Shown here in pieces: positions 49,876 to 59,277 of a stretch of DNA of 64,000 nt (positions are counted from its first letter, which is position 1; every line of letters begins with the position of its first letter). The DNA comes from Spirochaetia bacterium (GTDB taxonomy: Bacteria; Spirochaetota; Spirochaetia; CADAEX01), in assembly GCA_963662795.1 (NCBI GenBank), contig OY759746.1:128001-192000 (forward strand), read 5' to 3'. Under the pieces are notes generated by a model. That model made no database searches. It was not told where the DNA came from and worked only from the letters and a program-made list of their open reading frames with translations. The position numbers were made by a program, and so were the translations under genes.

Positions 49876-50385
49876 ATGAGTAAAAAAATCATCGCGCTTG
49901 TTGAAGAAGGATATGAAGATCTTGAACTGCTCTATCCGGTAATCAGGTTAAGGGAAGAAGGATATCAGGTTGATATTGCGGGAACTGAAGAAGGTAAGAC
50001 CTATACGGGAAAGCACGGTTATCCTGTCAAATCAGATGTAAGTTTTAAAAAGATATCACCTGAAAACTATGACGCTCTTGTTGTTCCGGGGGGATGGGCT
50101 CCTGATAAACTGAGGCGGTATAAGGAAGTTACAGATATAATCTTAAGCATGAATAAACGGAATAAACCTGTTGCGACAATATGCCATGCAGGCTGGGTTC
50201 TGGTAACGGCAGACGCTCTTAAAGGAAGAACAGTTACAAGCGTTCCTGTAATAAGGCCGGAGCTTGAATTCGCCGGTGCAAAATGGGTAGACAGGAGTGT
50301 AGTTGTCGACGGGAACTATGTCTCAAGCCGCACTCCTTCAGACCTTCCCGATTATATGAAGGAATTGATTAAGGTCCTGAAATAA
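49876..50385 (+). CDS. PfpI/DJ-1 family protein
   Basis: EDLELLYP, VPGGWAPDKLR, ICHAGW, SSRTPSDLP. Confidence 0.92.
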   Translation: MSKKIIALVEEGYEDLELLYPVIRLREEGYQVDIAGTEEGKTYTGKHGYPVKSDVSFKKISPENYDALVVPGGWAPDKLRRYKEVTDIILSMNKRNKPVATICHAGWVLVTADALKGRTVTSVPVIRPELEFAGAKWVDRSVVVDGNYVSSRTPSDLPDYMKELIKVLK

Positions 50386-50421
50386 AAACAGCAATATAAT
50401 ACTGTACCAGGTAAAAAACAC

Positions 50422-50455
50422 AAAAAAAGCCGAACTTTTAAAGTCCGGCTTTTTT
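50422..50455. terminator. Bidirectional terminator between convergent genes
   Basis: AAAAAAAGCCG...CGGCTTTTTT. Confidence 0.75.
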
Positions 50456-50478
50456 AATTAATTTCAGTTCAAAAGAAA

Positions 50479-51153
50479 TTATCTTGCATATTTTCCGCTT
50501 CTTGTCTCACCCTTTATTGACGGGATTTTTATAATCTGTCCCGGTACTATAAGAGATGGATTATCCGGTTCAGGCATAGTATCCTTGTTTGCCTCATATA
50601 GGATTTTCCATTTCCAGGGGTCTCCATACACGAAATCGTATTCAGCAATCCTCCACAGGCAGTCCCTTTTGTCCACATTCAGGATTACTTCATAAGAAGC
50701 AGGCAGAATATCTTTTTTTGCTGCAGGAGCAATATCTTTAAGAAGCTCAATTACCATTAAAGAATCTGCTGTGCTTTTTTCATAATCTTTTTCTGAGAAT
50801 TTATCATTAGCGCTTTTAAATAAAGCTGAGGCGTCAGTATAAAGCTGGCTGTCACGTCCCTTAATGTTAAGCCTGTCCGCCAGTTCCATCCTTTCCTTTG
50901 CCGCAGTAAGGGCTGTTCTTGCCCTGTATGCCGCTACCATCTCTGCAATGTATTTTTTTGAAAGGGCCGCATTTTCCTGTGCCTTGATGGCATATTCTGC
51001 TGACAAATCATATTCACCTTCGGCAAGAGCCTTCTCTGAAAGATTTGTGAATTCAATTGATTTTTTATAAAATTCATTATTCGCAAGGGATTGCGCAAAA
51101 ACTGCTGAAGCTGCAATCAGAAAAAGGGAAGCCAGAATAATTATTTTTTTCAT
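50479..51153 (-). CDS. Exported helical protein with C-terminal LysM domain
   Basis: Signal peptide; DCLWRIAEYDFVYGDPWKWKILYEAN...NPSLIVPGQIIKIP. Confidence 0.85.
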   Translation of the reverse strand: MKKIIILASLFLIAASAVFAQSLANNEFYKKSIEFTNLSEKALAEGEYDLSAEYAIKAQENAALSKKYIAEMVAAYRARTALTAAKERMELADRLNIKGRDSQLYTDASALFKSANDKFSEKDYEKSTADSLMVIELLKDIAPAAKKDILPASYEVILNVDKRDCLWRIAEYDFVYGDPWKWKILYEANKDTMPEPDNPSLIVPGQIIKIPSIKGETRSGKYAR

Positions 51154-51596
51154 AATCCGCCTCCTGCTGTTTTCTGTTCAGCTTCCATGGCAGCAGCATC
51201 ATCTTCTACATTTTTAATGTCTGCCTTGGCTTTTTCAAGCTGCTTCATCGCCTCTTCTTTCTTTACTTTTGCATTTTCATAGGCAGCAAGAAACAAAGTT
51301 TCAGATTCAAGATATTTGGCCGCAGCTGTTTTCACTTTCTCTCCACCGGCGGCAGCAAGAGTGTTTGCCTCATTGTATATGGACATTGCGCTGTCAAATT
51401 CTTTTTTCACAGCTACTTCCGCCTTGACAGATTTTGCCTTGTTCATTGCATCTGTAGCTCTGCCTTTTTCCATATCTGCAGTAATTACAGGTGCAGGCTG
51501 TACAACAGGTGCAGCAACAGGCTCAACTGCCTTTTCGGGAGCAGATGCACATGAATAAAAAACAAGAATTGGCAGAAGCAATAATAATTTTTTCAT
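51150..51596 (-). CDS. Helical lipoprotein
   Basis: Lipobox FYSC, Ala/Lys/Glu-rich coiled coil; overlaps the LysM gene start. Confidence 0.8.
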   Translation of the reverse strand: MKKLLLLLPILVFYSCASAPEKAVEPVAAPVVQPAPVITADMEKGRATDAMNKAKSVKAEVAVKKEFDSAMSIYNEANTLAAAGGEKVKTAAAKYLESETLFLAAYENAKVKKEEAMKQLEKAKADIKNVEDDAAAMEAEQKTAGGGL

Positions 51597-51693
51597 ATAT
51601 TACCTCCAGTATAATATTAATATAATACAGAATGGATAAAAAGACCAAAATTATTTTTTTATCGTATAACTTGTATTTTTCTCAACCGGGGAA

Positions 51694-52041
51694 TTACTGC
51701 GTTCTTGTCGCGATCAGGTCGGCTCCTGTCCCGCTGATATTATATATTATAACATCCCCCCTTTTAACAGGGGATTCAAGTTCAATTTTAAGCGTCTCGT
51801 CAAGTATTCCCGCAATTTTAGTTTTGGGAACCGGTGCTGATGTCCTTACAGAAACAAGAGGCATGACTGATCCTTTTATCCTGACGCTTGTTATAACAGT
51901 ACGGACGGGGGATGTCAGTTCCCTTAACGCGTAATTTTCACCGGCTTTGCAAAGTGCGCCTGTGAAAATGTATTCACCGTTTTTTTCCTCTGCCGTTATC
52001 TCACAGCCTATAGGACAGGTTATGCATGTTATCACCTTCAT
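51694..52041 (-). CDS. DUF1667-like Cys-motif subunit
   Basis: CITCPIGC...C and PVRTVITSV; third gene of the GlpA-like operon. Confidence 0.85.
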   Translation of the reverse strand: MKVITCITCPIGCEITAEEKNGEYIFTGALCKAGENYALRELTSPVRTVITSVRIKGSVMPLVSVRTSAPVPKTKIAGILDETLKIELESPVKRGDVIIYNISGTGADLIATRTQ

Positions 52042-53414
52042 ATCTGTAATACCTCTACTTTTATATCAGTCAGCTCATTTTTTATTTCAGCAGATTCCGG
52101 TCTTGATTTTATCAGCTTAAGAAGGATATCCGTTACCTCAATTCTTTCCATCTCTCCGGGTCTCACAATCGTTTTAACTTTGCTCTCATGAATAATGCTT
52201 TCTCCCTGAGTAAGCATTATTTTTACATTCCGCATCGGCTTTGTAACTCTGAACGAAAGCTTAAAATGAATATTTTCAGTATTGTCATTTTTTACGGCAT
52301 AATCCGGCTCAACATAAACAGCCTGAGGAACCACATATGAAACATTTTTTCCAGGTAAAAACTGCTGTCTTGCTTCAGGAGTTCTTTTTCCGCTGACTTT
52401 TCCTGCGGTTTTTGCCCACTGCGCAGCCGCCTTTCCCGCTGCGATGCCGTCTTCAGAAACATAATCCACAAGGTCGGAAACATGCATAACGTTTCCGCAG
52501 GCAAAGATACCGTCAGCTGAAGTCTGGAAAGTACTGTCAACTTCAGGACCTTTTGTTTTAGGGTCAATTTTTATCCCTGCCTTTTCCGTAAGTTCGTTCT
52601 CAGGAATCAACCCGACAGAAAGAAGCAGGGTATCGCATTCAATAAACCTTCGGGTCCCTTCTATTATCTTTTTTTCATCATCAATTTCTGCGATTTCTAC
52701 ACCCTCTACCCTGCTGTTTCCCCTGATATAGGTGACAGTATGGTTAAGATAGACAGGGATATTAAAGTCATCAAGACACTGCACCCTGTTGCGGGAAAGC
52801 CCTCCTAAAAAGGACATTACTTCAACGATTGCCTTAACACTGGCCCCTTCAAAAGTAAGCCGCCTTGCCATTATCATTCCGATATCGCCGGACCCCAGTA
52901 TTACAATATTTTTACCCGGCAGGTATCCTTCTATATTTGTAAACCTCTGGGCAAGCCCTGCGGTAAATATTCCGGCTGGCCGGGTCCCGGGAAGCATTAT
53001 GTTGCCCCTTGTCCTTTCCCTGCACCCCATCGCAAGAATTACAGCTTTTGCCTTTATACAGATAAGCCCTTCACTTCCTGAAACACCTGTTACAGTATGA
53101 AAATCAGCCAGGCCGGACGGAGTTACCTTTCCTGCCGGTATAACTTCAAGAACCATTGTCTCAAGCTTTATTTCAATTCCGAGAGCGGCGGCCTTTTCCG
53201 CGTATATTTCCGCGTATTCAGGCCCTGTAAGGTCCCTGCTTAAGTTGTGAAGGCCGAACCCGTTGTGTATGCACTGGGGCAGGATCCCGCCTGTCATGAA
53301 ATCCCTCTCAATTATTACAACCCTTTCCGCGCCGCCTTCCCTTGCCCCGATACCCGCGGCAAGCCCTGCCGGGCCTGCCCCTATAACCGCAACATCATAG
53401 ATATATTCTTTCAT
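52038..53414 (-). CDS. NAD(P)/FAD-dependent oxidoreductase subunit
   Basis: GAGPAG, GGILPQCIHNGFG, AMGCRER, GSGDIG, ACGNV. Confidence 0.9.
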   Translation of the reverse strand: MKEYIYDVAVIGAGPAGLAAGIGAREGGAERVVIIERDFMTGGILPQCIHNGFGLHNLSRDLTGPEYAEIYAEKAAALGIEIKLETMVLEVIPAGKVTPSGLADFHTVTGVSGSEGLICIKAKAVILAMGCRERTRGNIMLPGTRPAGIFTAGLAQRFTNIEGYLPGKNIVILGSGDIGMIMARRLTFEGASVKAIVEVMSFLGGLSRNRVQCLDDFNIPVYLNHTVTYIRGNSRVEGVEIAEIDDEKKIIEGTRRFIECDTLLLSVGLIPENELTEKAGIKIDPKTKGPEVDSTFQTSADGIFACGNVMHVSDLVDYVSEDGIAAGKAAAQWAKTAGKVSGKRTPEARQQFLPGKNVSYVVPQAVYVEPDYAVKNDNTENIHFKLSFRVTKPMRNVKIMLTQGESIIHESKVKTIVRPGEMERIEVTDILLKLIKSRPESAEIKNELTDIKVEVLQI

Positions 53415-54928
53415 TTCCCCGCCCCGCTGTCTCCTGCCGGCTGCTTAAAATGAGCCGATGAGTCTTTTGTCTCACGTTTCAGTATTTCTGTTCCCCTGCC
53501 TCTTTTCGTTATTTTAAGCGGATCAAGCCCTGTCTCTTCGCATATTATCCTGACAATTCTGGGTGTGCAGAAACCGCCGCTGCACCTGCCCATTTGTGTT
53601 TTAGTCCTCCGCTTTATTCCGTCAAGCGAAACCACACCCAGAGGGTTATGGACCGCTTCGATAATTTCGGCCTTCGAAACAGTCTGGCATCTGCAGATAA
53701 TTTCGCCATAATGTGGATTTTCTTTTAAAAGAGCCTCCCTCTCCTGCCGGGATGATGGTTCAAAACGCCTGATTTTTTTCCTTACCGGATTGAACATGGG
53801 ATTTTTTTCAAGAGTTATCCGCTGCGACAGAAGCTCTGCCATGTATTCGCCGATCCCTATGCTGCCGCTGATTCCTGTAGACCTTATGGCAGCCGCGTTG
53901 ATGAAAGGCATAACTCCGTCAGGATGCCAGCCGATTATATAATCATTAATTTCAGCACACCGTGCGCGGAGACCTGCATACTGATGTATTGTCATGGATT
54001 TATCAAGCCAGGGAAAAATACGCTTTCCGGCTTCCCAGCCCGCATCCAGGGCATCAGAAGTTGTCCCCTTCTCCTCTTTGTCTCTGAGATCCCTTGCTGT
54101 AGGCCCGACCATCAGATTGCCGTCGCGCGTTTTTACGACAGTTGTCCCGCGGAAATCAGGCTGCGGACACCCGTATACGATGGAATTGACGCGGCCGGAA
54201 AATTTTTTGTCAATGACCCAGAACTCCCCTTTCCTCGGGCGGATTTCAAAATTATCCCAGCCTGCCATCTTTGAAACCTTATCAGAATAAAGCCCTGCTG
54301 AATTAATCACAAAATCCGCCTCAAGTGTTTTCTCTCCGTTATTTATCCCGACAACCCATGGAGAATCCGCGGAGGACCGGTATGAGAGGGAAGTAACTTC
54401 ACTTTCAAAAATGAAATTAACGCCGTTAACAGCAGCGTTTTCCGCAAGGGCGAGAACAAGGTAGTATGAGAGAAGAGAACCGTCCTCCGGTGCGTATAAA
54501 GCTCCGAGCGCATCCGGATTTACATAAGGCTCTTTTGAAAGAAGCTCTTCCCGGCCAATAACCCTGGTTGTGTAAACACCGCAGGCCTCGGCCTTTTTCT
54601 GAAGGGCCGGAAGCGTTTCATTGAACTCGCGCTCTGTCACAGCAACATTAAATGAACCGCATCTTGTGTATTCCACATCAAGCTCTTCTGTAATTTTTTC
54701 CCATCTTTTATTGCTCCGTCTTATCATTTCAATTTCCAGCGGGCAGGAGGGATCAAGGTCTGCGCCGCAGACTATATGGGAATTGTTTGCCTTGCTGGTA
54801 CCTGAACAGACATCATCCTCTTTTTCAAGCACTGTAACGGAAAGGTTTTTATACTGCGAAAGTTCCCTCGCAATGGCGCATCCGACAGCGCCGCCCCCCG
54901 CAATTACAACCCTATAATTATTCTTCAA
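53411..54928 (-). CDS. FAD-dependent oxidoreductase with BFD-like [2Fe-2S] domain (GlpA/LhgO-like, possible glycerol-3-phosphate dehydrogenase)
   Basis: GGGAVG, TSKANNS, PRKGEF, YAGLR; ICRC...GRCSGGFC. TTG start with GGAGG RBS. Confidence 0.8.
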   Translation of the reverse strand: MKNNYRVVIAGGGAVGCAIARELSQYKNLSVTVLEKEDDVCSGTSKANNSHIVCGADLDPSCPLEIEMIRRSNKRWEKITEELDVEYTRCGSFNVAVTEREFNETLPALQKKAEACGVYTTRVIGREELLSKEPYVNPDALGALYAPEDGSLLSYYLVLALAENAAVNGVNFIFESEVTSLSYRSSADSPWVVGINNGEKTLEADFVINSAGLYSDKVSKMAGWDNFEIRPRKGEFWVIDKKFSGRVNSIVYGCPQPDFRGTTVVKTRDGNLMVGPTARDLRDKEEKGTTSDALDAGWEAGKRIFPWLDKSMTIHQYAGLRARCAEINDYIIGWHPDGVMPFINAAAIRSTGISGSIGIGEYMAELLSQRITLEKNPMFNPVRKKIRRFEPSSRQEREALLKENPHYGEIICRCQTVSKAEIIEAVHNPLGVVSLDGIKRRTKTQMGRCSGGFCTPRIVRIICEETGLDPLKITKRGRGTEILKRETKDSSAHFKQPAGDSGAGK

Positions 54929-54997
54929 GAAAGACCTCCATCACTCAGTAGTGCCAGATTTAGAATACAACCTGCAGGCTTAAACCTTCAGGAATTA

Positions 54998-55020
54998 TTT
55001 CATGTTTTCATGTTTTCATT
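54998..55020 (-). repeat. Tandem ATGAAAAC-type repeats in the leader of the GlpA-like operon (candidate operator)
   Basis: tttcatg-ttttcatg-ttttcatt on the plus strand, downstream of a TTGACA (55066-55071) promoter-like element on the minus strand. Confidence 0.45.
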
Positions 55021-55224
55021 TTATATTATAAATACAATAATCTTATACATCTTTGATGATTTTATTGTCAATAAAGATCAGCACCTGCATTTTTATTTTT
55101 ACAAAATACCATTTATCGGAAAGATACAATAAGGGATGGTAATGATTATACAGACGGCTTTATACTCAAGGCGGCTGAAATACTCACGCCTATATTTTTA
55201 CAGATAAATCAGAAGAAGACTTTT

Positions 55225-55626
55225 TCAGACCGGCCTGAAAAAGCTGTTTGCCTCAAGCAGGGCGCGGTCCGCGTCCGCCCAGTCAGGATTTTCGAGTGAG
55301 CCTGTTTCGATCCAGCGAATCTCATGGTGATCGAGTGCGGAAGGTTCACCGTTTTTGATTTTAACAACAACCGGGATCAGTTCAATTGTTTTGTCAGGAT
55401 AATGGTGTATAACGCTTTTCAGCACTTCTCCCGCTATGCTTTCAATGCCGAGTTCTTCCTCAAGTTCCCGTACAACAGCTTCCTCAGCGCTTTCGCTGCC
55501 CTCAAGCTTCCCTCCCGGGAGCTCCCACTTGAGGGGCAGGTCCATATTTATGCTTCTTCTCGCGGCAAGGAGCCTGCCGTTCTCTATTATCACGGCACAG
55601 CATACCCTGATTATTCTTTCAGACAT
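55225..55626 (-). CDS. MutT/NudG-like NUDIX hydrolase
   Basis: WELPGGKLEGSESAEEAVVRELEEELG Nudix box; WADAD. Confidence 0.92.
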   Translation of the reverse strand: MSERIIRVCCAVIIENGRLLAARRSINMDLPLKWELPGGKLEGSESAEEAVVRELEEELGIESIAGEVLKSVIHHYPDKTIELIPVVVKIKNGEPSALDHHEIRWIETGSLENPDWADADRALLEANSFFRPV

Positions 55627-55650
55627 CAGACGCTGCCCCAGACAAAAATG

Positions 55651-56778
55651 TCAAACCCTGACAAGATTATATTTTGTATTTCCAAGTCCTATGCTCCGTG
55701 CATATTCAAGCCCTTCCTTCCAGTTGGAACCTGGATAGAGAGATGCAAATTTATCGCTCCCCTCTTTGTATCCTGTATTGTCAAGCTGGCATCCACTTAC
55801 TGAAGGGGCGCTGTTTACAAGATCAACCGCTGCCTGATCAATAGCTACGGGATCGAATGAGGCAAGAATACCGATATCCGGAACAATCGGGGTATCATTG
55901 TGGTTCCAGCAGTCGCAGTTAGGGGATACATCCACGACAAAAGTTATATGAAAATGCTGTTTGCCGCGAAGAACCGCAAGAGTATATTCAGCTATCTTTT
56001 TTACGGCAACAGCTGCGGCTTCATCCCAGTTAAATGATGCTGCTCCGTATTTGCAGACAGCTATACACTGACCGCATCCTATACAAAGATCATAATTAAT
56101 TTTTGCCTTTTTATTGCCATCGTATGCTATGGCTCCTTCCGGGCAGTATTTTATGCACTGGCCGCATGAAACGCATTTTTTTTCAAGTATAAAAGGTTTT
56201 GAGGATGAATGCATTTCAAGCTTGCCGCCCCTCGAACCGCTTCCCATACCGATATTCTTAAGCGCCCCGCCGAAGCCTGTCAAATCATGCCCTTTAAAGT
56301 GGTTCATTGATATTAAAACGTCAGAGTCGGCAATAACTGTTCCGATTTTTGCGGTTTTACAGTATTCAAGAGATAATTCAATTTCGTTGAAATCTGTCCC
56401 TTTAAGCCCGTCAGCGATTATAACAGGACACCCGGTAACAACGCTTGAAAAACCATTTTTTTCAGCGGCTGTCAGATGATCGATGCTGTTGGACCTTTTT
56501 CCTGAATAGAGGGTATTGGCATCAGTAAGGAATGGTTTGCCTCCCCTTCCTTTCACAAGGTCTGAAACAACAGAGACAAAATTGGGCCTGATATAGGCAA
56601 AATTACCGGGTTCTCCGAAATGGATTTTTATTGCTGTGAATTTTTTATCAAGATCAAGTTTCTCAAAGCCTGCCTTTAAAATCAGATTCTGTATTTTGTC
56701 AAAAAGATTATTGCTGCCTGAGGTTCTCATATCCGTGAAATATACATCTGAAATTTTTTCTCCCATTGCCGTCTCCAT
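55651..56778 (-). CDS. DUF362 domain protein with 2x[4Fe-4S] ferredoxin domain
   Basis: IKIHFGE, HFKGH...GGALKN, CVSCGQCIKYCP and CIGCGQCIAVC, DPVAIDQA. Confidence 0.9.
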   Translation of the reverse strand: METAMGEKISDVYFTDMRTSGSNNLFDKIQNLILKAGFEKLDLDKKFTAIKIHFGEPGNFAYIRPNFVSVVSDLVKGRGGKPFLTDANTLYSGKRSNSIDHLTAAEKNGFSSVVTGCPVIIADGLKGTDFNEIELSLEYCKTAKIGTVIADSDVLISMNHFKGHDLTGFGGALKNIGMGSGSRGGKLEMHSSSKPFILEKKCVSCGQCIKYCPEGAIAYDGNKKAKINYDLCIGCGQCIAVCKYGAASFNWDEAAAVAVKKIAEYTLAVLRGKQHFHITFVVDVSPNCDCWNHNDTPIVPDIGILASFDPVAIDQAAVDLVNSAPSVSGCQLDNTGYKEGSDKFASLYPGSNWKEGLEYARSIGLGNTKYNLVRV

Positions 56779-57039
56779 ATATCAGTTTTTTTATTTATAC
56801 AGATTATAACAGATTGTGCATGTAAATAATACATTAACAGCATAAAGACCTGGAGATTGTTTTGAAACACCAGGGAAGCTGTTCCACCGGGGAAGAAAAA
56901 AGGGTTTATTTTTTCATTTAATCACTTTTTTATATATAAATTATTCATTATTCTGCCAATACATCTTAAAAACATTAATTAAATCTGATAAACTGAGTAT
57001 GATTTAAATAGAAAAATCACTTCAATTTAAGGGAAGATT

Positions 57040-59214
57040 ATGGACAAGAAAAAAATTATAATTTTAGGCGGAGCTTATGCCGGTATTGCAGCAGCGAAAA
57101 AAATTTACAGGAAATTCAAAAAAGGCTCTGAAGTTGAATTGACAATAATTGACAAGAACAAATATCACACTCTAATGACAGAGCTGCATGAAGTAGCAGG
57201 GTCAAGAGTGATACCAGATTCAGTCATGATCAGTTTTGAAAGAATTTTCTCGGGGAAAAAAATAAACATTGTAAATGACTTTATAAAAGGTGTTGATTTC
57301 AAGAACCAGCTGGTGGAATCCGACAGGGCAAAATATCCCTATGACTACCTTATAATCGGAACAGGCGGCGCACCTGAATTTTTTGATATCCCCGGGGTTC
57401 AGGAGAATTCTTTCTCACTCTGGTCCCTTGAAGATGCCATCAGGATAAGAAAACAGCTTGAAGAACGCTTCAGGCTGGCAGCTAAAGAGGCGAATCCGGA
57501 AATCAGACAACGAATGCTAACCTTCGTTGTCGCGGGAGCGGGATTTACAGGAATTGAAATTGCCGGCGAATTCATGGAGAGAAGAGATGTCCTGTGCGGT
57601 AAATATCACATTGACAAATCAGATGTAAAGATTGTTGTAATTGAAGCGCTTGACAATATTCTTCCAATAATAGAGGAAAAACTTAAAAAGAAAGCGGCCA
57701 GATATCTTGAAAAACACGGGGTTGAGATAATACTCAACGCCCGGATAACCGGAGCCACAGAAAATAAAGTTATTATTGCAGACGGAAGGGAAATACAGAC
57801 TGATACATTTATCTGGACTTGCGGAATCCATGGATCTGAGTTTACTTCAATGGTAGATCTGACAAAAGGGCATACATCAAGAGGCCAGTGCAGTATAGCC
57901 TCAGCTGAAGGTATCCATGGAATGAGCGACTGCAGGTTCGAGGAAGATGAAAGATATATAGTAGGAACCAGAGGCAGAATACTTGTTAATGAATATATTC
58001 AGTCGGTTGACTACAGTAACGTCTATGTAGTAGGCGATAACATGTGGTTTCTTGAGAACGGAAAAGTTCTGCCCCAGATTGTTGAAACAGCGCTCCAGAC
58101 AGGAGAAACTGCCGCAAAGAATATTATTGCTGACATTGAAAAAACTGAAAAAGAGCCATTCAAATCAAATTATCACGGGTTTATGGTTTCAATCGGCGGA
58201 AGATACGCTGTATCAAACGCAGGGGGCTTAAAGGTATCAGGTTTTATGGCAATGGCAATGAAACACCTTGTCAACCTTCATTATCTTTTCAGTCTTGCCG
58301 GGATTAATGCGGTCTGGGGTTACATGAAGCATGAATTCTTCGACATGAAAGACGGCAGGACTTTCCTTGGGGATCATTTTTCCTGGAAAGTTCAGGGCTG
58401 GTGGGTTTTTCCGCTAAGGGCATGGCTTGGTATTATGTGGATTGCCGAAGGACTTAACAAGATTGGAGAAGGCTGGCTTAATTTTGGAGCCGGCACAAAA
58501 TCCGGCTGGATGTTCAGCAAGGGCGTAATACAAAAAGGTGTTGAAACAACTGCTTCACTGTCATCGGCCGTGGCCGGATCCGGCGCTGCTGATGCGGTAG
58601 CGGCGGCCTCCGATGCCGGTGAGTATGCTGCAGAAGCTGCAGTAGAAACAGTAGCAGATACTGTTGCAGCTGCATCAGATGCCGGAGAATATGCAGTCGA
58701 AGCCGTAGTAGAAACAGTTGCCGATGCTGTTGCAGCTGCTTCCGACACTGTTGCATCAGCAGCAGGTGCGGTGGCAGACAATACTGTTCATGCGTTCGGC
58801 AAGCTCTGGGACACCGGTAAATCCATAATCCCCTATGATTCTCCATTTGTAACATGGTTCAGGGAAACCTTTATGGACAGTATAATGGCACATATCAGTT
58901 ATCCTGTATTTCAGGGAATGATTGTATTTGCAGAACTGGCAATCGGACTTGCTCTTCTGGGCGGACTCTTTACATGGCTTGCAGCAGCCGCATCCATTGT
59001 AATGTGTATTGTTTTTACCGCTTCGGGAATGTTCAGCTGGGACCAGGCATGGTTTGTATTTGCAGCATTCCTTATGCTGGGCGGAGCCGGAAGAAGCCTC
59101 GGCCTTGACCAATGGGTAATGCCTGTAATTAAAAAATGGTGGAACAGTACTTCGTTTGCCAGGAAAACATACCTTTACCTTAATGAGCCGGTTATCAAAA
59201 AATCAAAAAAATAA
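57040..59214 (+). CDS. ndh: Type II NADH dehydrogenase fused to a C-terminal DoxX-like membrane domain
   Basis: GGAYAG, ELHEVAG, GAGFTGIEIAGE, VVGD; C-terminal LRAWLG...AELAIGLALLGG...GAGRSLGLD. Confidence 0.85.
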   Translation: MDKKKIIILGGAYAGIAAAKKIYRKFKKGSEVELTIIDKNKYHTLMTELHEVAGSRVIPDSVMISFERIFSGKKINIVNDFIKGVDFKNQLVESDRAKYPYDYLIIGTGGAPEFFDIPGVQENSFSLWSLEDAIRIRKQLEERFRLAAKEANPEIRQRMLTFVVAGAGFTGIEIAGEFMERRDVLCGKYHIDKSDVKIVVIEALDNILPIIEEKLKKKAARYLEKHGVEIILNARITGATENKVIIADGREIQTDTFIWTCGIHGSEFTSMVDLTKGHTSRGQCSIASAEGIHGMSDCRFEEDERYIVGTRGRILVNEYIQSVDYSNVYVVGDNMWFLENGKVLPQIVETALQTGETAAKNIIADIEKTEKEPFKSNYHGFMVSIGGRYAVSNAGGLKVSGFMAMAMKHLVNLHYLFSLAGINAVWGYMKHEFFDMKDGRTFLGDHFSWKVQGWWVFPLRAWLGIMWIAEGLNKIGEGWLNFGAGTKSGWMFSKGVIQKGVETTASLSSAVAGSGAADAVAAASDAGEYAAEAAVETVADTVAAASDAGEYAVEAVVETVADAVAAASDTVASAAGAVADNTVHAFGKLWDTGKSIIPYDSPFVTWFRETFMDSIMAHISYPVFQGMIVFAELAIGLALLGGLFTWLAAAASIVMCIVFTASGMFSWDQAWFVFAAFLMLGGAGRSLGLDQWVMPVIKKWWNSTSFARKTYLYLNEPVIKKSKK
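58591..58746 (+). repeat. 66-nt (22-aa) intragenic tandem repeat, about 2.4 copies
   Basis: DAVAAASDAGEYAAEAAVETVA / DTVAAASDAGEYAVEAVVETVA / DAVAAASD. Confidence 0.9.
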
Positions 59215-59277
59215 TGTTTGAGGCTCCCTGTTTTGCTGCTGCATCACAGGGAGCATGATTTTAAACAAGGGAACTGT

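Noticed and set aside
58591-58746. Periodic 66-nt repeat as a mini CRISPR array
   Set aside because: It is an in-frame coding repeat with synonymous variation, has no unique spacers, and no cas genes are present.
58392-58855. Antisense Ala/Ser/Thr- and Leu/Gln-rich ORFs
   Set aside because: They are shadows of the Ala-rich repeat in the NDH-2 gene.
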